Notes: a model not told the origin generated them from the letters alone. Shown: positions 36,708-49,251, counted from the first letter of the stretch. The stretch: 64,000 nucleotides of DNA from an uncultured delta proteobacterium (GCA_963699755.1 CAVOVB010000003.1:672001-736000); one strand, 5' to 3'. Program-made: numbers and translations.

Positions 36708-37463
36708 TTGCAATATCACAGTGCGGGACTGACCGACGTCGGACAGCGCCGAAAATTGAACGAGGACGCGTTCATGGTGGATGACGAGCTTGGCTTGTAC
36801 GTCGTCGCGGACGGGATGGGCGGTCACGCGGCTGGCGAGATCGCGAGCCAGGAAGCCGTCGACACGGTGTATGGCATGGTCCGCAGAGGCCATGACGCGC
36901 TCGATCGCGTCGCTCAGGGTGACACGAGCGAGGAGTCGCTCCGCCGAGCGATCCGGATTGTCGAAAGCGCCGTGCAGGCAGCGACCTACATGGTCTTTGG
37001 TCTGGCCCAGCATGCTCCCGAACAGCAAGGCATGGGCACCACCCTGTCGGTGCTCGCGATGTGTGGTGACTACGGCATCACCGCGCAGGTCGGTGACAGT
37101 CGCATCTATTTGATTCGCGATCGCACCGCCCAGCCGCTCACCGAAGACCACACTCTCGTCGCCTGGCAGTTGAAACAGGGCATCATCACCGAAGCCGAAG
37201 CCGCTCGATCGCCGCACCGCAATGTGATCACCCGCGCGGTAGGAAGTCGTGAATACGTTCAGGTCGATACCGGTTTCTTCGAGGTGCTGCCCGCCGACGC
37301 CTATCTTCTCTGCTCCGACGGGCTCCACGGATACCTGCAAGAAGGCGAGATCCCGGACGTGATCGACATGGGTCCCAAGGGCGCAGCCGAACGATTCGTC
37401 CACGTCGCGAACTCACGCGGCGGGCGGGACAACATTACTGCTGTTGTGGTTAGCGTACGGTAG
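36708..37463 (+). CDS. PP2C-family Ser/Thr phosphatase
   Basis: NED, VADGMGGH, GDSR, LCSDGL, DNIT. Confidence 0.94.
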   Translation: MQYHSAGLTDVGQRRKLNEDAFMVDDELGLYVVADGMGGHAAGEIASQEAVDTVYGMVRRGHDALDRVAQGDTSEESLRRAIRIVESAVQAATYMVFGLAQHAPEQQGMGTTLSVLAMCGDYGITAQVGDSRIYLIRDRTAQPLTEDHTLVAWQLKQGIITEAEAARSPHRNVITRAVGSREYVQVDTGFFEVLPADAYLLCSDGLHGYLQEGEIPDVIDMGPKGAAERFVHVANSRGGRDNITAVVVSVR

Positions 37464-37669
37464 CGATCGGGGCGCGGAAGAAGCCACGACGCGGGGCTGC
37501 GTCGAACGGCTCGGCTCAGGCGATGTAACTAGACCAAACAACGCGCCCAACCCAACACCCCGCCCAAGATCGGCGCCAGCACCAGCGCGTTCGGCTTCAC
37601 GACTTCGGGTCCGGCTCATCAACGAGCAGCGGGCCCGCGTCTGTCCGCTTGGCCCTGGGGCCAAGCGCC

Positions 37670-39487
<1,818 letters not shown>

Positions 39488-39598
39488 GTATTATTCGCTG
39501 CTTCCGGTGCGTTCGACGGAGCGCGGCACAGCTGGCCGTGCTTCCGAAGACCCCCGGAATGCAGGGGAGTGCCTGGGTAGCAGGGGACTTTGGGGGTG

Positions 39599-40276
39599 TC
39601 AATTGCAGGACTGGACCAGCTCGAGCACGTGTTGGACCACCGCTTCGAGGTCGAGGCTGGTGCTGTCGAGGATGACCGCGTCCTCTGCGGGGCGCAGTGG
39701 GGCGATGGCGCGGGTCGAGTCGGCCTCGTCGCGGGAGCGGATCTTGGCGAGCACCTCGTCGTAATCCGCCCGTGAGCCTCGGTTTCGCAGGTCCTGCACC
39801 CGGCGGCGGGCCCGTTCTTCTGCGGAGGCGGTCAAGAAGAGCTTCACCTCGGCGTCGGGAAAGACGATGGTCCCGATGTCGCGGCCTTCGAGCACCACTC
39901 CGCCTTCGCGGCCGAGATCGCGCTGCATCTCGAGAAGCGCGCGGCGGACCCCCGGATACGCGCTCACCTGGCTTGCGCCGGCGGACATTTCGGGGGTCCG
40001 AATCTCGTCGGCCCGGTCTTCTCCATCCAGTAAAAGCCGAGTTGTTCCATCGTCTTGCGAGGCGAAGCCAAGCTCTGCCTCGGCAGCGACCGCGCCGACG
40101 CCCGCTTCGTCATCCCAGGCAACGCCGCGATCGCGGGCCGCAAGGGCTACCCCGCGATAGAGGGCCCCGGTATCGACCAGTGTGTAGCCAAGGCGCCGGG
40201 CGAGAACTCGCGCCGTGGTGCTCTTGCCGACACCGGCCGGACCGTCGATCGCGATGACGGGGCGTGGTCGATTCAT
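39599..40276 (-). CDS. cmk: Cytidylate kinase
   Basis: IAIDGPAGVGKST, DTGALYR, EGRDIGT; ATG at 40276 overlaps the aroA stop. Confidence 0.96.
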   Translation of the reverse strand: MNRPRPVIAIDGPAGVGKSTTARVLARRLGYTLVDTGALYRGVALAARDRGVAWDDEAGVGAVAAEAELGFASQDDGTTRLLLDGEDRADEIRTPEMSAGASQVSAYPGVRRALLEMQRDLGREGGVVLEGRDIGTIVFPDAEVKLFLTASAEERARRRVQDLRNRGSRADYDEVLAKIRSRDEADSTRAIAPLRPAEDAVILDSTSLDLEAVVQHVLELVQSCN

Positions 40277-41634
40277 CTGGTTTCCTCCGTGATGTCTGCT
40301 CCCAGGGACCGCATCAACGGCACGAAGCCCGGGAAGCTCGTGTCCACCGCCTCGGCCCCTTCGATCAGCGACTCGCCTTCTGCCAGAAGTCCTAGCAAAG
40401 CGGCGGACATCGCGATTCGGTGGTCGCCCCGGCTTTCGATCTGGGCGCCGTGGAGCGCGGCCCCGCCGGTGATGATCAGGCCGTCGGGCAGCTCTTCGCA
40501 CGGCACACCGAAGGCCCGGAGGACCTGGGCCATCGTGGCGATGCGGTCGCTCTCCTTGACCCGAAGCTCGCTCGCGTCTCGGATCTCGGTTTGACCTTTG
40601 GATATCGCGGCCAAGGCGCAGACCGCAGGGACCTCGTCGATCATTCGGACCAGGAGCTCGCCGCCGGCGACGGAGCCTCGAATCGCGCTGTGGGCGACGC
40701 TGATTTCGGCCATCGGCTCGTCGCCCGCGCCGTGTCCGCTCGGGCGACGAGAGACGCTCGAGCCGAGCAAACGCAGCCAATCGAAGAGTCCCGTGCGGGT
40801 CGGGTTCACGCAGACGTCGGCCACGCTGACCCGGCTTCCCGGGACCATTGCGGCGGCGACCAAGGGAAACGCGGCGCTCGATGGATCGCCAGGCACATGC
40901 CAGTCGAAGGGATCCCAACCTCCGGCCCAATCGAGATTTGGGTCGAGAACGACGGACGCGCCGGCGGTTTGGAGCGGGACGCCGAGCGCAAGCATCATTC
41001 GCTCGGTATGGTCGCGGGAGAGCACGGGCTCCTCGATGGCGGTCGGAGCGCCTGCGTAGAGGCCGCTCAGCAGGAGGGCACTCTTCACCTGGGCGCTCGC
41101 GATCGGCATCGCGTACTCGATGCCTTTGAGGGTCTCACCCTCGACCAGGGGCGCGATGGAAATCGGTGGATAGAGCTCGTCGGGTTTGGCGCCTGCGGTT
41201 CCCGCGATGTGGGCGCCCCGCGCCCGCAAAGGCTTGATGACGCGACCCATCGGGCGACGTGTGAGCGACTCGTCACCGACCATGCGGGTGCCGAAGCGCT
41301 GGCCGCTGAGCAAGCCTGCGAGCAGTCGCATCGTGGTGCCGGAGTTGCCGCAGTCGATCACGTCACCCGGCATTCTGAGGCCGTGGAGGCCGACGCCGTG
41401 GACCGTGGTGGCTTGGTCCGTGCTCTCCACGGCGACGCCCATCGCGCGAAACGCTTGGCGCGTTGCCGCATTGTCCAAGCCTTCGGATAGACCGGTAATC
41501 CTTGATGGGCCGCGGCCGAGGGCTCCGAAGATCAGGCTCCGGTGGCCGATCGATTTGTCGCCGGGCACCCGCACGCTGCCGCGGAGCGCTCCGGAACGGC
41601 GGACGCGGTATCGCTTCTTGATTCCGCTAGACAC
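40273..41634 (-). CDS. aroA: 3-phosphoshikimate 1-carboxyvinyltransferase
   Basis: PGDKSI.HR, GNSGTT.R, SAQVKS, KESDR, DHRIAM. Confidence 0.96.
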   Translation of the reverse strand: MSSGIKKRYRVRRSGALRGSVRVPGDKSIGHRSLIFGALGRGPSRITGLSEGLDNAATRQAFRAMGVAVESTDQATTVHGVGLHGLRMPGDVIDCGNSGTTMRLLAGLLSGQRFGTRMVGDESLTRRPMGRVIKPLRARGAHIAGTAGAKPDELYPPISIAPLVEGETLKGIEYAMPIASAQVKSALLLSGLYAGAPTAIEEPVLSRDHTERMMLALGVPLQTAGASVVLDPNLDWAGGWDPFDWHVPGDPSSAAFPLVAAAMVPGSRVSVADVCVNPTRTGLFDWLRLLGSSVSRRPSGHGAGDEPMAEISVAHSAIRGSVAGGELLVRMIDEVPAVCALAAISKGQTEIRDASELRVKESDRIATMAQVLRAFGVPCEELPDGLIITGGAALHGAQIESRGDHRIAMSAALLGLLAEGESLIEGAEAVDTSFPGFVPLMRSLGADITEETR

Positions 41635-42727
41635 CTGAGTCCCCTAGCACGCGGCGAAGCGATTGGAGAAAGCGCTCGTTCTCCTCGGGCTTTCCCACCG
41701 TGACCCGGATCCATGATTGAAGAGGCGCCTGCATCGGGCGCACGATGACTCCTTCGCGGAGCAGGTCTTCGTAGACCGCCCTCCCCGGCTTCTCGAGCTC
41801 GACCAGAACGAAGTTGGCCTGGCTCGGCGCTACACGCAGGCCTGCTCCCTCGAGCGCCTCGTTCAGCTTGCCGCGTTCCCGAAGCGTCGCTTCGACGCCT
41901 ACGCGCAGATGCACCTGATCCCCGAGCGCGGCCTTGGCGGCGACCTGTCCTAAAGTTCCGACGTTGAACGGCGCGCGCAATCGGTTGAGGTCGGCGACGA
42001 GCTCGCTGGTTCCGATCGCGTAGCCGACCCGGAGCGCGGCAAGCCCGTATGCCTTGGAGAAGGTTCGCAGAATCGTCAGCCGCTCCCGCGTCTGGCGAAG
42101 GTCGATGGCGGGGATGAAATCCTCGGCATCGGCGTACTCGACGTAGGCTTCGTCGACCACCGCGAGCACGCGCTCGGGAAGCAAGCGCAGAAGGCGCTCG
42201 AGCTCGCCTTTGGCGATGTAGCTGCCGGTCGGGTTATTGGGGTTGGAGACGAAGAGAAGCTTCGTTTCGGGCGTCACCGCCGCGAGCAGGTCGTCTACGT
42301 TCCAGTCTAGGTCGTCGCGAAGTGGGACGGGCGTGAAGCGCAGCTCCTGCGCGACCGAAGCGATTCGGTAACAAGGGAACGACGGGTGGCCGAAGACCAC
42401 GTGCTCACCGCGGCTTGCAAACACGCGACAGATCAAATCGATGAGCTCGTTCGAGCCGTTGCCTAGGCAGAGCTGCCCGGGCAGTACACCGTGGTGGGCG
42501 GCAAGCGCTTCGCGCAGGTCGTGTCCCCGCGGATCGGGATAGCGCTCCAAGCGAAGGGCAGCTGCCGACAAGGCTTCGATCGCCATTGGCGAAGGGCCGT
42601 ACGGGTTCTCGTTCGAGGCGAGCTTCACCACGTCTTCGATGCCGAGCTCGCGTCGGAGCTCGTCTTCTGGTTTGCCGGGCTCGTACGCCGTCAGCGCGAG
42701 GATGTGAGGTGCCGCGAGGTCGCTCAT
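41627..42727 (-). CDS. hisC: Histidinol-phosphate aminotransferase
   Basis: KLASNENP, NPNNPTG, DEAY, RTFSKAYGLA. Confidence 0.94.
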   Translation of the reverse strand: MSDLAAPHILALTAYEPGKPEDELRRELGIEDVVKLASNENPYGPSPMAIEALSAAALRLERYPDPRGHDLREALAAHHGVLPGQLCLGNGSNELIDLICRVFASRGEHVVFGHPSFPCYRIASVAQELRFTPVPLRDDLDWNVDDLLAAVTPETKLLFVSNPNNPTGSYIAKGELERLLRLLPERVLAVVDEAYVEYADAEDFIPAIDLRQTRERLTILRTFSKAYGLAALRVGYAIGTSELVADLNRLRAPFNVGTLGQVAAKAALGDQVHLRVGVEATLRERGKLNEALEGAGLRVAPSQANFVLVELEKPGRAVYEDLLREGVIVRPMQAPLQSWIRVTVGKPEENERFLQSLRRVLGDSGV

Positions 42728-42736
42728 GGGGGTCTG

Positions 42737-43804
42737 TCAGCTCAGCCGGGGATAGCTTCCGATGACCTTGGCATAACGGGCGATGCGGCGCAGCTCCTCG
42801 ACGGCCGTCAGGATGGCGCGGTCGGTGATGTGACCGTCCATTTCGAGGAAGAAGACGTGGCGCCATTGGGTCCCGGTCGAGGCACGCGACTCGATTCGCG
42901 TGAGGTTGATCTCCCGGTCGGCCAAGGGCTTGAGCGCTCGATGGAGCGCGCCCGGCTCGTCGCCAGGAGCCACCGCCAAAAAAGTGCGGTCCTTGCCGGT
43001 CCGCGACGGGAGGCGGTTGCCTACGATCCCAAAGCGGGTGATCACGTTCGAGTCGTCTTCGAGCCGGTCTTCGATGAGCTCGAGGCCGTGGAGCTCTTTG
43101 AGCAGTGCAGAGCCGAGCGCCGCCGACTCTTGGTCGCCGCTGGCGAACAAGGCGGCGGCTTCGCCAGATTGCACGTCAACGAGAATCGAGTCCGGGTAGC
43201 GTGAGCGCAGCTGCCGTTCGCAAGCTGCAATCGCCTGCGCTGAGCCATAGATTTTGATCACGTCGGCTGGGTCTCCGGACTGGGAGAGCAGTTGGTAGCG
43301 GAGCGGCGCAACGCGCTCGGCGCAAAGCTTCGCGTCGGTGTCGACCAAGCCCTTGAGCGTTGCGGTGATCGCACCGTCGGTCGATGTCTCGAGTGGGACC
43401 ACGCCAAAGGTCGCATGGCCGTGGAGCACGGCCTCTAGAACCGCGGAGACCGATTCGGTTGGGCGAAAGCTTGGAGCGTGACCGAAATAGTCTCGCGCCG
43501 CCGCATGCGCCAGGTCACCTGGCGTGCCGAAGTACGCAACCACATCGGGGGTGACCAGCTCGGTGCACGCGGACAGGACTTCTCGAAACACCGGCTCGAT
43601 GCTGGCCTCAGGGAACTCCTTGGCCATCGCGCGTGCGGCTTCGATGATCGCGGCCTTCTTGGGGAGGCGAAGCGGCTCCTCGCCCCCGTCCTCTCGAAGC
43701 GCGTTGTACTCGTGAATCGCTCGCGCTCGCGCGTTGAGCGCGCTCACGATTTGCCGGTCCGCTTCCTCGAGCGCTGCGGTGATCCGGACGAGACGATCAT
43801 CCAT
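42737..43804 (-). CDS. pheA: Chorismate mutase / prephenate dehydratase (divergent)
   Basis: CM-PDT-ACT layout, TRF, INLTRIESR, IGSYP; pheA-hisC-aroA-cmk-rpsA synteny. Confidence 0.85.
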   Translation of the reverse strand: MDDRLVRITAALEEADRQIVSALNARARAIHEYNALREDGGEEPLRLPKKAAIIEAARAMAKEFPEASIEPVFREVLSACTELVTPDVVAYFGTPGDLAHAAARDYFGHAPSFRPTESVSAVLEAVLHGHATFGVVPLETSTDGAITATLKGLVDTDAKLCAERVAPLRYQLLSQSGDPADVIKIYGSAQAIAACERQLRSRYPDSILVDVQSGEAAALFASGDQESAALGSALLKELHGLELIEDRLEDDSNVITRFGIVGNRLPSRTGKDRTFLAVAPGDEPGALHRALKPLADREINLTRIESRASTGTQWRHVFFLEMDGHITDRAILTAVEELRRIARYAKVIGSYPRLS

Positions 43805-43857
43805 GGCGCCGATGGTAACAGTCCCTTCAGCGAACGTATACCGTTTGCGGAGCTTCG

Positions 43858-46431
43858 CTACTCCTCGTCTCGGCGCGCCAGGTCGCGCAGCCGAGCCAAG
43901 GTCACGAGCGCGTCGACCGGGGTCATGCGTTCGATGTCGAGCGCCTCGAGCGTGGCGTTCACCTCGGAGCGAGGCGGCGGCGCGGCTTCGAACAAGGGCA
44001 TCTGGGGCACGCCCGTCGCCTCCGCGCGCGCCTCGAGCTCCTTCAACTTGGCTTTCGCGCGCGCGAGCACCACGGGAGGCACACCCGCGAGCCTAGCAAC
44101 AGCCAGGCCATAACTTCGATTCGAGCCGCCCGGCACGAGCTGATGAAGCAGAACCATGGTGTCATCGTGCTCTTTTGCCGCAACGTTGTAGTTGGCGGCA
44201 TTGTCGAGGCGATCGGCAAGCTCGCAGAGCTCGTGATAGTGCGTGGCGAAGATCGCCCGGCAGCGCGTCGCGTCGTGAAGATGCTCTGCCACCGCCCAGG
44301 CGATGGCAAGCCCATCGTACGTGCTCGTGCCGCGTCCGATCTCGTCGAGAATCACGAACGATCGCTCGGTCGCGCCGCGAAGAATGGCGGACGCCTCCAT
44401 CATTTCGACCATGAAGGTGCTCTGACCCCGGGCAAGCTGATCGCTGGCTCCCACCCGGGTGTAGACCCGATCGACGATGCCGATCCGAGCGCTCTTGGCC
44501 GCGACGAACCCGCCCGCCTGGGCCATGATGATCGCCAGCGCGGCCTGGCGCATGGCCGTCGACTTCCCGGACATGTTCGGCCCGGTCAGGAGCATGAAGC
44601 GGGTGCCGTTCGGGCTCAGCTCGATCGTGTTCGGCACGAAGCCGTCCTTGGCAGCGTAGCACTCGACGGTCGGGTGGCGGCTGTCTTCGAGAAAGAGCTC
44701 GTTGCTGGCGTCGATCTCTGGGCGGACATAGCCGCGACGATGGGCGACCGCCGCGAGCGCTGCACTGGTATCGATGGAAGCGATGACCCGAGCGAGCCGA
44801 TGAAGCCGCGGTGCCTGATCACCGATCGATTTCCGCAGATCGATGAACGCCGCCGCCTCGAGCGCGCGGGAACGTTCATCGGCATGCAGAATGCGGTCTT
44901 GAAGCTCTGCGAGCTCGGCGGTGATGAAACGTTCGCCGCTGGCGATGGTTTGCTTGCGCACGTATTCGTTCGGGACGGCGTCGAGCTTGGACTTCGTGAT
45001 TTCGATGTAGTAGCCAAAGACCCTCGTGTACTTGACCTTGAGCGAAGCGATGCCGGTGCGTTTGCGCTCGCGGCGCTCGAGGTCGAGCACGATGTCTTTG
45101 GCAGTCGTCGAGAGCGTTCGAAGCTCGTCGAGATCGGCGAGGTGACCGTCGGCAAAGATCCCGCCCTGCCTGTCGATCGTCGGAGGCTCGTCGACGAGCG
45201 CCGCTCGAAGCGTGATGAGGATGTCGGCGCAGAGGTCAACGCCCTCGAGCGATGCCATCGAATCATCGAGCGCGCTGCCAGGGCGCGTCGAGAGATCTCG
45301 ATGAAGCGCCTCGGCGCTGGCGAGGCTATTGCGAATGACGCCAAGGTCCCTTGGGGTGGCCAAGCCGACCGCAGCGCGGACCGCCAGGCGTTCGAGGTCG
45401 CCGATTTCGCTCAGTCGAGCCCTGGCCTGATCCCGGGACCGCGCGTTGGTGAAGAAGAGCTCCACGGCGTCGTGTCGCCTCCGAATGCGCTCGATGTCGG
45501 TCAGCGGTTCGAGCAAGCGCGACCGGAGCGCCCGGGCGCCCATGGGCGTCTTGGTTTCGTCGAGCAGATGCAGAAGCGAGCCGCGACGCTCGCCGTCCAG
45601 GGTACGGACGAGCTCGAGATTCCGCACCGCCGCATCGTCGAGCACGAGCCGGTCGCCCGCCGCGTACAAGATGGCCGTGTGTATCTGACAATCGGCCTGG
45701 TGCTTTCTCGCGTAGCCGAGCACCAGCGACGCCGCCCGGGCCGCAGGCGCTTCGGTCGAGAGCTCGGCCGCCTGCTCCGCGCTGAGGAGCTCGTCCAGGC
45801 ATTCGGCGTCCGCAGTGAGCTCGACCGCCCGCAGCGCAGCCTTGGGGAGGCTTTGCGTGCAGAGCGCTTCGAGCTCGGGAGCGCCCGACTCGAGCAACAC
45901 TTCGGCGGGGTCGAGGCGGACGAGCTCACCGACCCAGAGCGGCCCGAGCTCGACCACGCAGGCCCGCAGCGTGCCGGTCGACAGCTCGAGGGCCGCTACG
46001 CCGCCATCTCGCGTCGCCGCCACCAGGAAGTTTTCCGAGCGCGCATCGAGGGCGTCGGGCTCGAGACAAAGCCCTGGTGTGACCACCCGCACGACTTCGC
46101 GCGGCACGACCCCTCGGACACTCGACGCATCGGCCATCTGTTCACAGATCGCGACCTTTTCCCCGTGGCGCAGCAGCCCCGCCAGGTATGTGGGCGCCGC
46201 GTGGTGCGGCACGCCGGCCATGGGGATCTTGTTGCCTTCGGGGTCGGTCCCTCGGGAGGTCAGCGCAATGTCGAGGATGGCTGCCGCGCGGACCGCGTCC
46301 TCGTAGAACATCTCGTAGAAGTCTCCGAGCCGGAAGAAGATGATGGCGTCAGGATGCTGCCCCTTTGCGCGCAGGAACTGGCGCATGACCGGGCTGTGGT
46401 CCTTCTTTCGCGCCGTGCCCCGCACCGTCAT
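43858..46431 (-). CDS. mutS: DNA mismatch repair protein MutS
   Basis: GDFYEMF, GPNMSGKST, DEIGRGT, ATHYHEL. Confidence 0.96.
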   Translation of the reverse strand: MTVRGTARKKDHSPVMRQFLRAKGQHPDAIIFFRLGDFYEMFYEDAVRAAAILDIALTSRGTDPEGNKIPMAGVPHHAAPTYLAGLLRHGEKVAICEQMADASSVRGVVPREVVRVVTPGLCLEPDALDARSENFLVAATRDGGVAALELSTGTLRACVVELGPLWVGELVRLDPAEVLLESGAPELEALCTQSLPKAALRAVELTADAECLDELLSAEQAAELSTEAPAARAASLVLGYARKHQADCQIHTAILYAAGDRLVLDDAAVRNLELVRTLDGERRGSLLHLLDETKTPMGARALRSRLLEPLTDIERIRRRHDAVELFFTNARSRDQARARLSEIGDLERLAVRAAVGLATPRDLGVIRNSLASAEALHRDLSTRPGSALDDSMASLEGVDLCADILITLRAALVDEPPTIDRQGGIFADGHLADLDELRTLSTTAKDIVLDLERRERKRTGIASLKVKYTRVFGYYIEITKSKLDAVPNEYVRKQTIASGERFITAELAELQDRILHADERSRALEAAAFIDLRKSIGDQAPRLHRLARVIASIDTSAALAAVAHRRGYVRPEIDASNELFLEDSRHPTVECYAAKDGFVPNTIELSPNGTRFMLLTGPNMSGKSTAMRQAALAIIMAQAGGFVAAKSARIGIVDRVYTRVGASDQLARGQSTFMVEMMEASAILRGATERSFVILDEIGRGTSTYDGLAIAWAVAEHLHDATRCRAIFATHYHELCELADRLDNAANYNVAAKEHDDTMVLLHQLVPGGSNRSYGLAVARLAGVPPVVLARAKAKLKELEARAEATGVPQMPLFEAAPPPRSEVNATLEALDIERMTPVDALVTLARLRDLARRDEE

Positions 46432-46440
46432 GAACCCGGT

Positions 46441-49251
46441 TTAGTCGAGAGTCTGGGCGAAGTTAAGCGGAGAGAACTGGATGCGACTGACCCCCGCTTC
46501 GAGGTCCACGAAGAAGAGTTGATCTTGCTCTGGAAAGAACAGCATGGACGAGGGGAGCGAACGAACGGCCGCAGCGTTGGCGAGGACGAGGTCTCTGAAT
46601 TGATTGCTGATGTTGAAATTCAGCAGGGCGATCGTGGTATCGGTGACGGTGGCATCCTCGGGAAACAGGCTGATTTTGAAGCTCACCAGCGGATTGATGA
46701 ACTGTGTGCCTTCAAACGCGCGCCCGGTGAGGTAGGTGTCCACATCGACGAACGGGTCGGCCTCGGTTGGGAGATCGACTGGTCGATTCGGATCGAGGAT
46801 GCACTCGTCGCTGTCCGCGGCAGGGTCGGGAATGACCCGGTGAATGAAGCCGGTTTGCGTCCCGGTCACGGCGTATGCGTCTTGTGTGTGAATCTGATAC
46901 TCGGTGAACTGAGGGAAGCAGCTCCGGACCTCGGCGAGCGTGTACCCGCTGTTCTCGGACTCGCCGATCTCGAGCTGATTGTTGAACGCTCGCAGGATGG
47001 GGAACCAGACCGGATCGTTGTCGATGTTGTCCCTCAGCTCCCTGAACTTTTCGCAATTAGGCTCGTCGCGAGTGCTCGGTGGCAAGTCGCCGGTGATGAG
47101 GAGACGGTCTCCGGGGTATGGTCCGATGAGAGCTGCATCTGCCGGTTGCGTCCCGAGGACCCCGATTTCGCAGAACGGCACATCTCCACCCTGAAACCAG
47201 TTGCCCGGCAAGACCTCGCCCGCGGAGCCTCCATCTAGGGGCAATGACAGATCGGCAAAGAGTCCGAGACCGCCCTCGGACTGTGGGATCAAGCCTTCCC
47301 ACCGCGCCTCCCAGCGCTGTGTGAAGCTGCTCCAGACCTGTGACGACGCGCAGATCAGTCCATCGAGCTCGGCGCCGACCGGCTGCTCGCCGAACACCGG
47401 ATTCATCGGGGAGATGATGAACGAGTTGGTCGCGTCCAATCTCGAAGGTGGACAGGCAACGAGCTCGAGCCCCGGGCCGTCCGAGCCGTTCGCGCGGCCG
47501 GTCATCTCGTCGAGCCGACCGGGCGCTGCGTTGAACTGAAATGATGGGCTGCCGTCGATCGAGATGAACGTGACGGGTGTGAAGTCGATCCGTCGCCGAT
47601 GCCGTCGGATGCTCGCAAAACGGTCGGTGCCCGCTTCGCGCGTCGTGCAAGCGAGATTGCCCCCTCCGCCGCGGCATGGGGCGTTCAGATCGTAGATGTC
47701 GAGGAAGTACATCAAGCCGTTCGAGAGGCTCACGGCGAGGAAGACGCCGCGCATGTTTCTGGCGTTCGTTCCCAAGGAGAAGGCGGTCTCGTCGGTCGGG
47801 TCGCAGATGTCGTCAGCGGGCACCTGCAAGACATCGGCGGTGTTTGGATCGCCATCCGGGTCTTCGAGCTGATAGCCGGGCGAGACGACTTCGATCGCAC
47901 GCACGTTGGCGAACCCGAAGCGCACGCGATCGCGCGATTCGACGTTTTCTTCGTTTGCTCGTGCGGAGATGCCAGAGAGGACAGGAAGCACGGCACCGAA
48001 TGTCGGGTTCGACGCGCCATCGATCTCCTCGCGATAGTCGACCACGAGGAGGCTACTGTCGCGGGCGCTGACCGCGTATAGATAACGCTCGACTGCGGCC
48101 CGATCGTCCGGGTCGGAGCTGGCCGGCACCAGGGGCGTCACGTCTATCTCGTTCGTCGGCGCCCCTGTGACGATCGGGTCCAACGGCAGCGTGGCGCCAT
48201 CTGGGCCCAACTTGAAGCGATGGATCACCGGCTGATTCGCATCCGCGACCAGCAAGACGTCGTCCTCGTCCGTCCCGCTGCCGAGTGTGTCCTCGCTCTG
48301 GCCCGGCTCCATCACCGCCCCCACTCCCTGCTCGCGGCCGAAGTCGATGGTTAGCGATACGGGCCGCGGCCCCGCGGAGCCACCCTCGGCGCAGCGTTCG
48401 GTCGTGGTGACGGTCTTGATCACGCGAGTCGCTGGGCTTTGCTCCCCGTTGTCGTCCTCCTTCGGGCAGATCCGATGGTAGTCGCTTGTGTCCGAATCCG
48501 GTGGGTCGACGAGGTCGAGGGGGCAGTTGTAGCTCCCGAGATCCAAGAGGACTGGCTGGCCGAGCTCGCCATTGGCGGCGTTCACCTCGATCTGCGCAAC
48601 CTTGCCGAGCTCGGGGAGCGCTGCGTACAGGTAGCGATACTCGACCTCGGGCGTCGCCCCGGTGATCTCGCCGGCCTCGTTCTTCGTTAGCGTGGTTCTC
48701 GCCTTTTCGTGCAGTGCGAGGTCTGTCGGCCCCTCCTCGAAGCGCACCGTCCTCGGATCAGCCTGCCCTTGGGGCGGGGGCTCGCCCGTGGTCTCGCCCT
48801 CGAGGAGCTCGACCGATTCGATCGCTTCCAGACTCTTCGCACTAAAACTGGTCACGTAGGCATAGGTCGAGTCGAAAGGCGAGATTTGGAGGCCCGTCGG
48901 CTGCTCACCAACCGTGACCGCCGTCACGCCGGGGATCGTCTGGTTGGTGTTGATGATCGCGTTTCGGGTGAAGTTGACGACCGCGACCTCTCCGGATTGG
49001 ATCTGGGTCACCGCACCGAGAAACTGCGCTTCAACGGCTGGGTCAAAGGTGAAGTCGGGTGTGCAGATCAAGGGCGGCAAGAGGCTCTTCACGATGAAGC
49101 GGTTGCCGCTGAGCAGCTCGACGTCCGCGCAGAGGAGCTGAATCTTGGCGGATCGATTCAAGGACGCGAGCACGACGTTGTTGGCGTTGCTCCTGCACGA
49201 GCAGAGGACGAGCGCGCAGGCGGCGAAGGCCACTACAGGGAAACGCCTCAT
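46441..49251 (-). CDS. Large acidic hypothetical lipoprotein (beta-propeller-like)
   Basis: MRRFP...LVLCSC lipobox; beta-rich repeats (VGEQPTGL, EEGPTDL); ATGA overlap with upstream gene. Confidence 0.72.
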   Translation of the reverse strand: MRRFPVVAFAACALVLCSCRSNANNVVLASLNRSAKIQLLCADVELLSGNRFIVKSLLPPLICTPDFTFDPAVEAQFLGAVTQIQSGEVAVVNFTRNAIINTNQTIPGVTAVTVGEQPTGLQISPFDSTYAYVTSFSAKSLEAIESVELLEGETTGEPPPQGQADPRTVRFEEGPTDLALHEKARTTLTKNEAGEITGATPEVEYRYLYAALPELGKVAQIEVNAANGELGQPVLLDLGSYNCPLDLVDPPDSDTSDYHRICPKEDDNGEQSPATRVIKTVTTTERCAEGGSAGPRPVSLTIDFGREQGVGAVMEPGQSEDTLGSGTDEDDVLLVADANQPVIHRFKLGPDGATLPLDPIVTGAPTNEIDVTPLVPASSDPDDRAAVERYLYAVSARDSSLLVVDYREEIDGASNPTFGAVLPVLSGISARANEENVESRDRVRFGFANVRAIEVVSPGYQLEDPDGDPNTADVLQVPADDICDPTDETAFSLGTNARNMRGVFLAVSLSNGLMYFLDIYDLNAPCRGGGGNLACTTREAGTDRFASIRRHRRRIDFTPVTFISIDGSPSFQFNAAPGRLDEMTGRANGSDGPGLELVACPPSRLDATNSFIISPMNPVFGEQPVGAELDGLICASSQVWSSFTQRWEARWEGLIPQSEGGLGLFADLSLPLDGGSAGEVLPGNWFQGGDVPFCEIGVLGTQPADAALIGPYPGDRLLITGDLPPSTRDEPNCEKFRELRDNIDNDPVWFPILRAFNNQLEIGESENSGYTLAEVRSCFPQFTEYQIHTQDAYAVTGTQTGFIHRVIPDPAADSDECILDPNRPVDLPTEADPFVDVDTYLTGRAFEGTQFINPLVSFKISLFPEDATVTDTTIALLNFNISNQFRDLVLANAAAVRSLPSSMLFFPEQDQLFFVDLEAGVSRIQFSPLNFAQTLD

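Noticed and set aside
37464..37669. ~200-bp convergent gap; possible ncRNA or 83-aa ORF
   Set aside because: No recognisable RNA family or convincing coding signal.
39599..40930. Apparent 443-aa extended Cmk
   Set aside because: The extension is an off-frame overlap with aroA; the real start is 40276.
44143..47238. 1031-aa plus-strand ORF
   Set aside because: Antisense shadow of mutS and the lipoprotein gene; expected in high-GC DNA and has no motifs.
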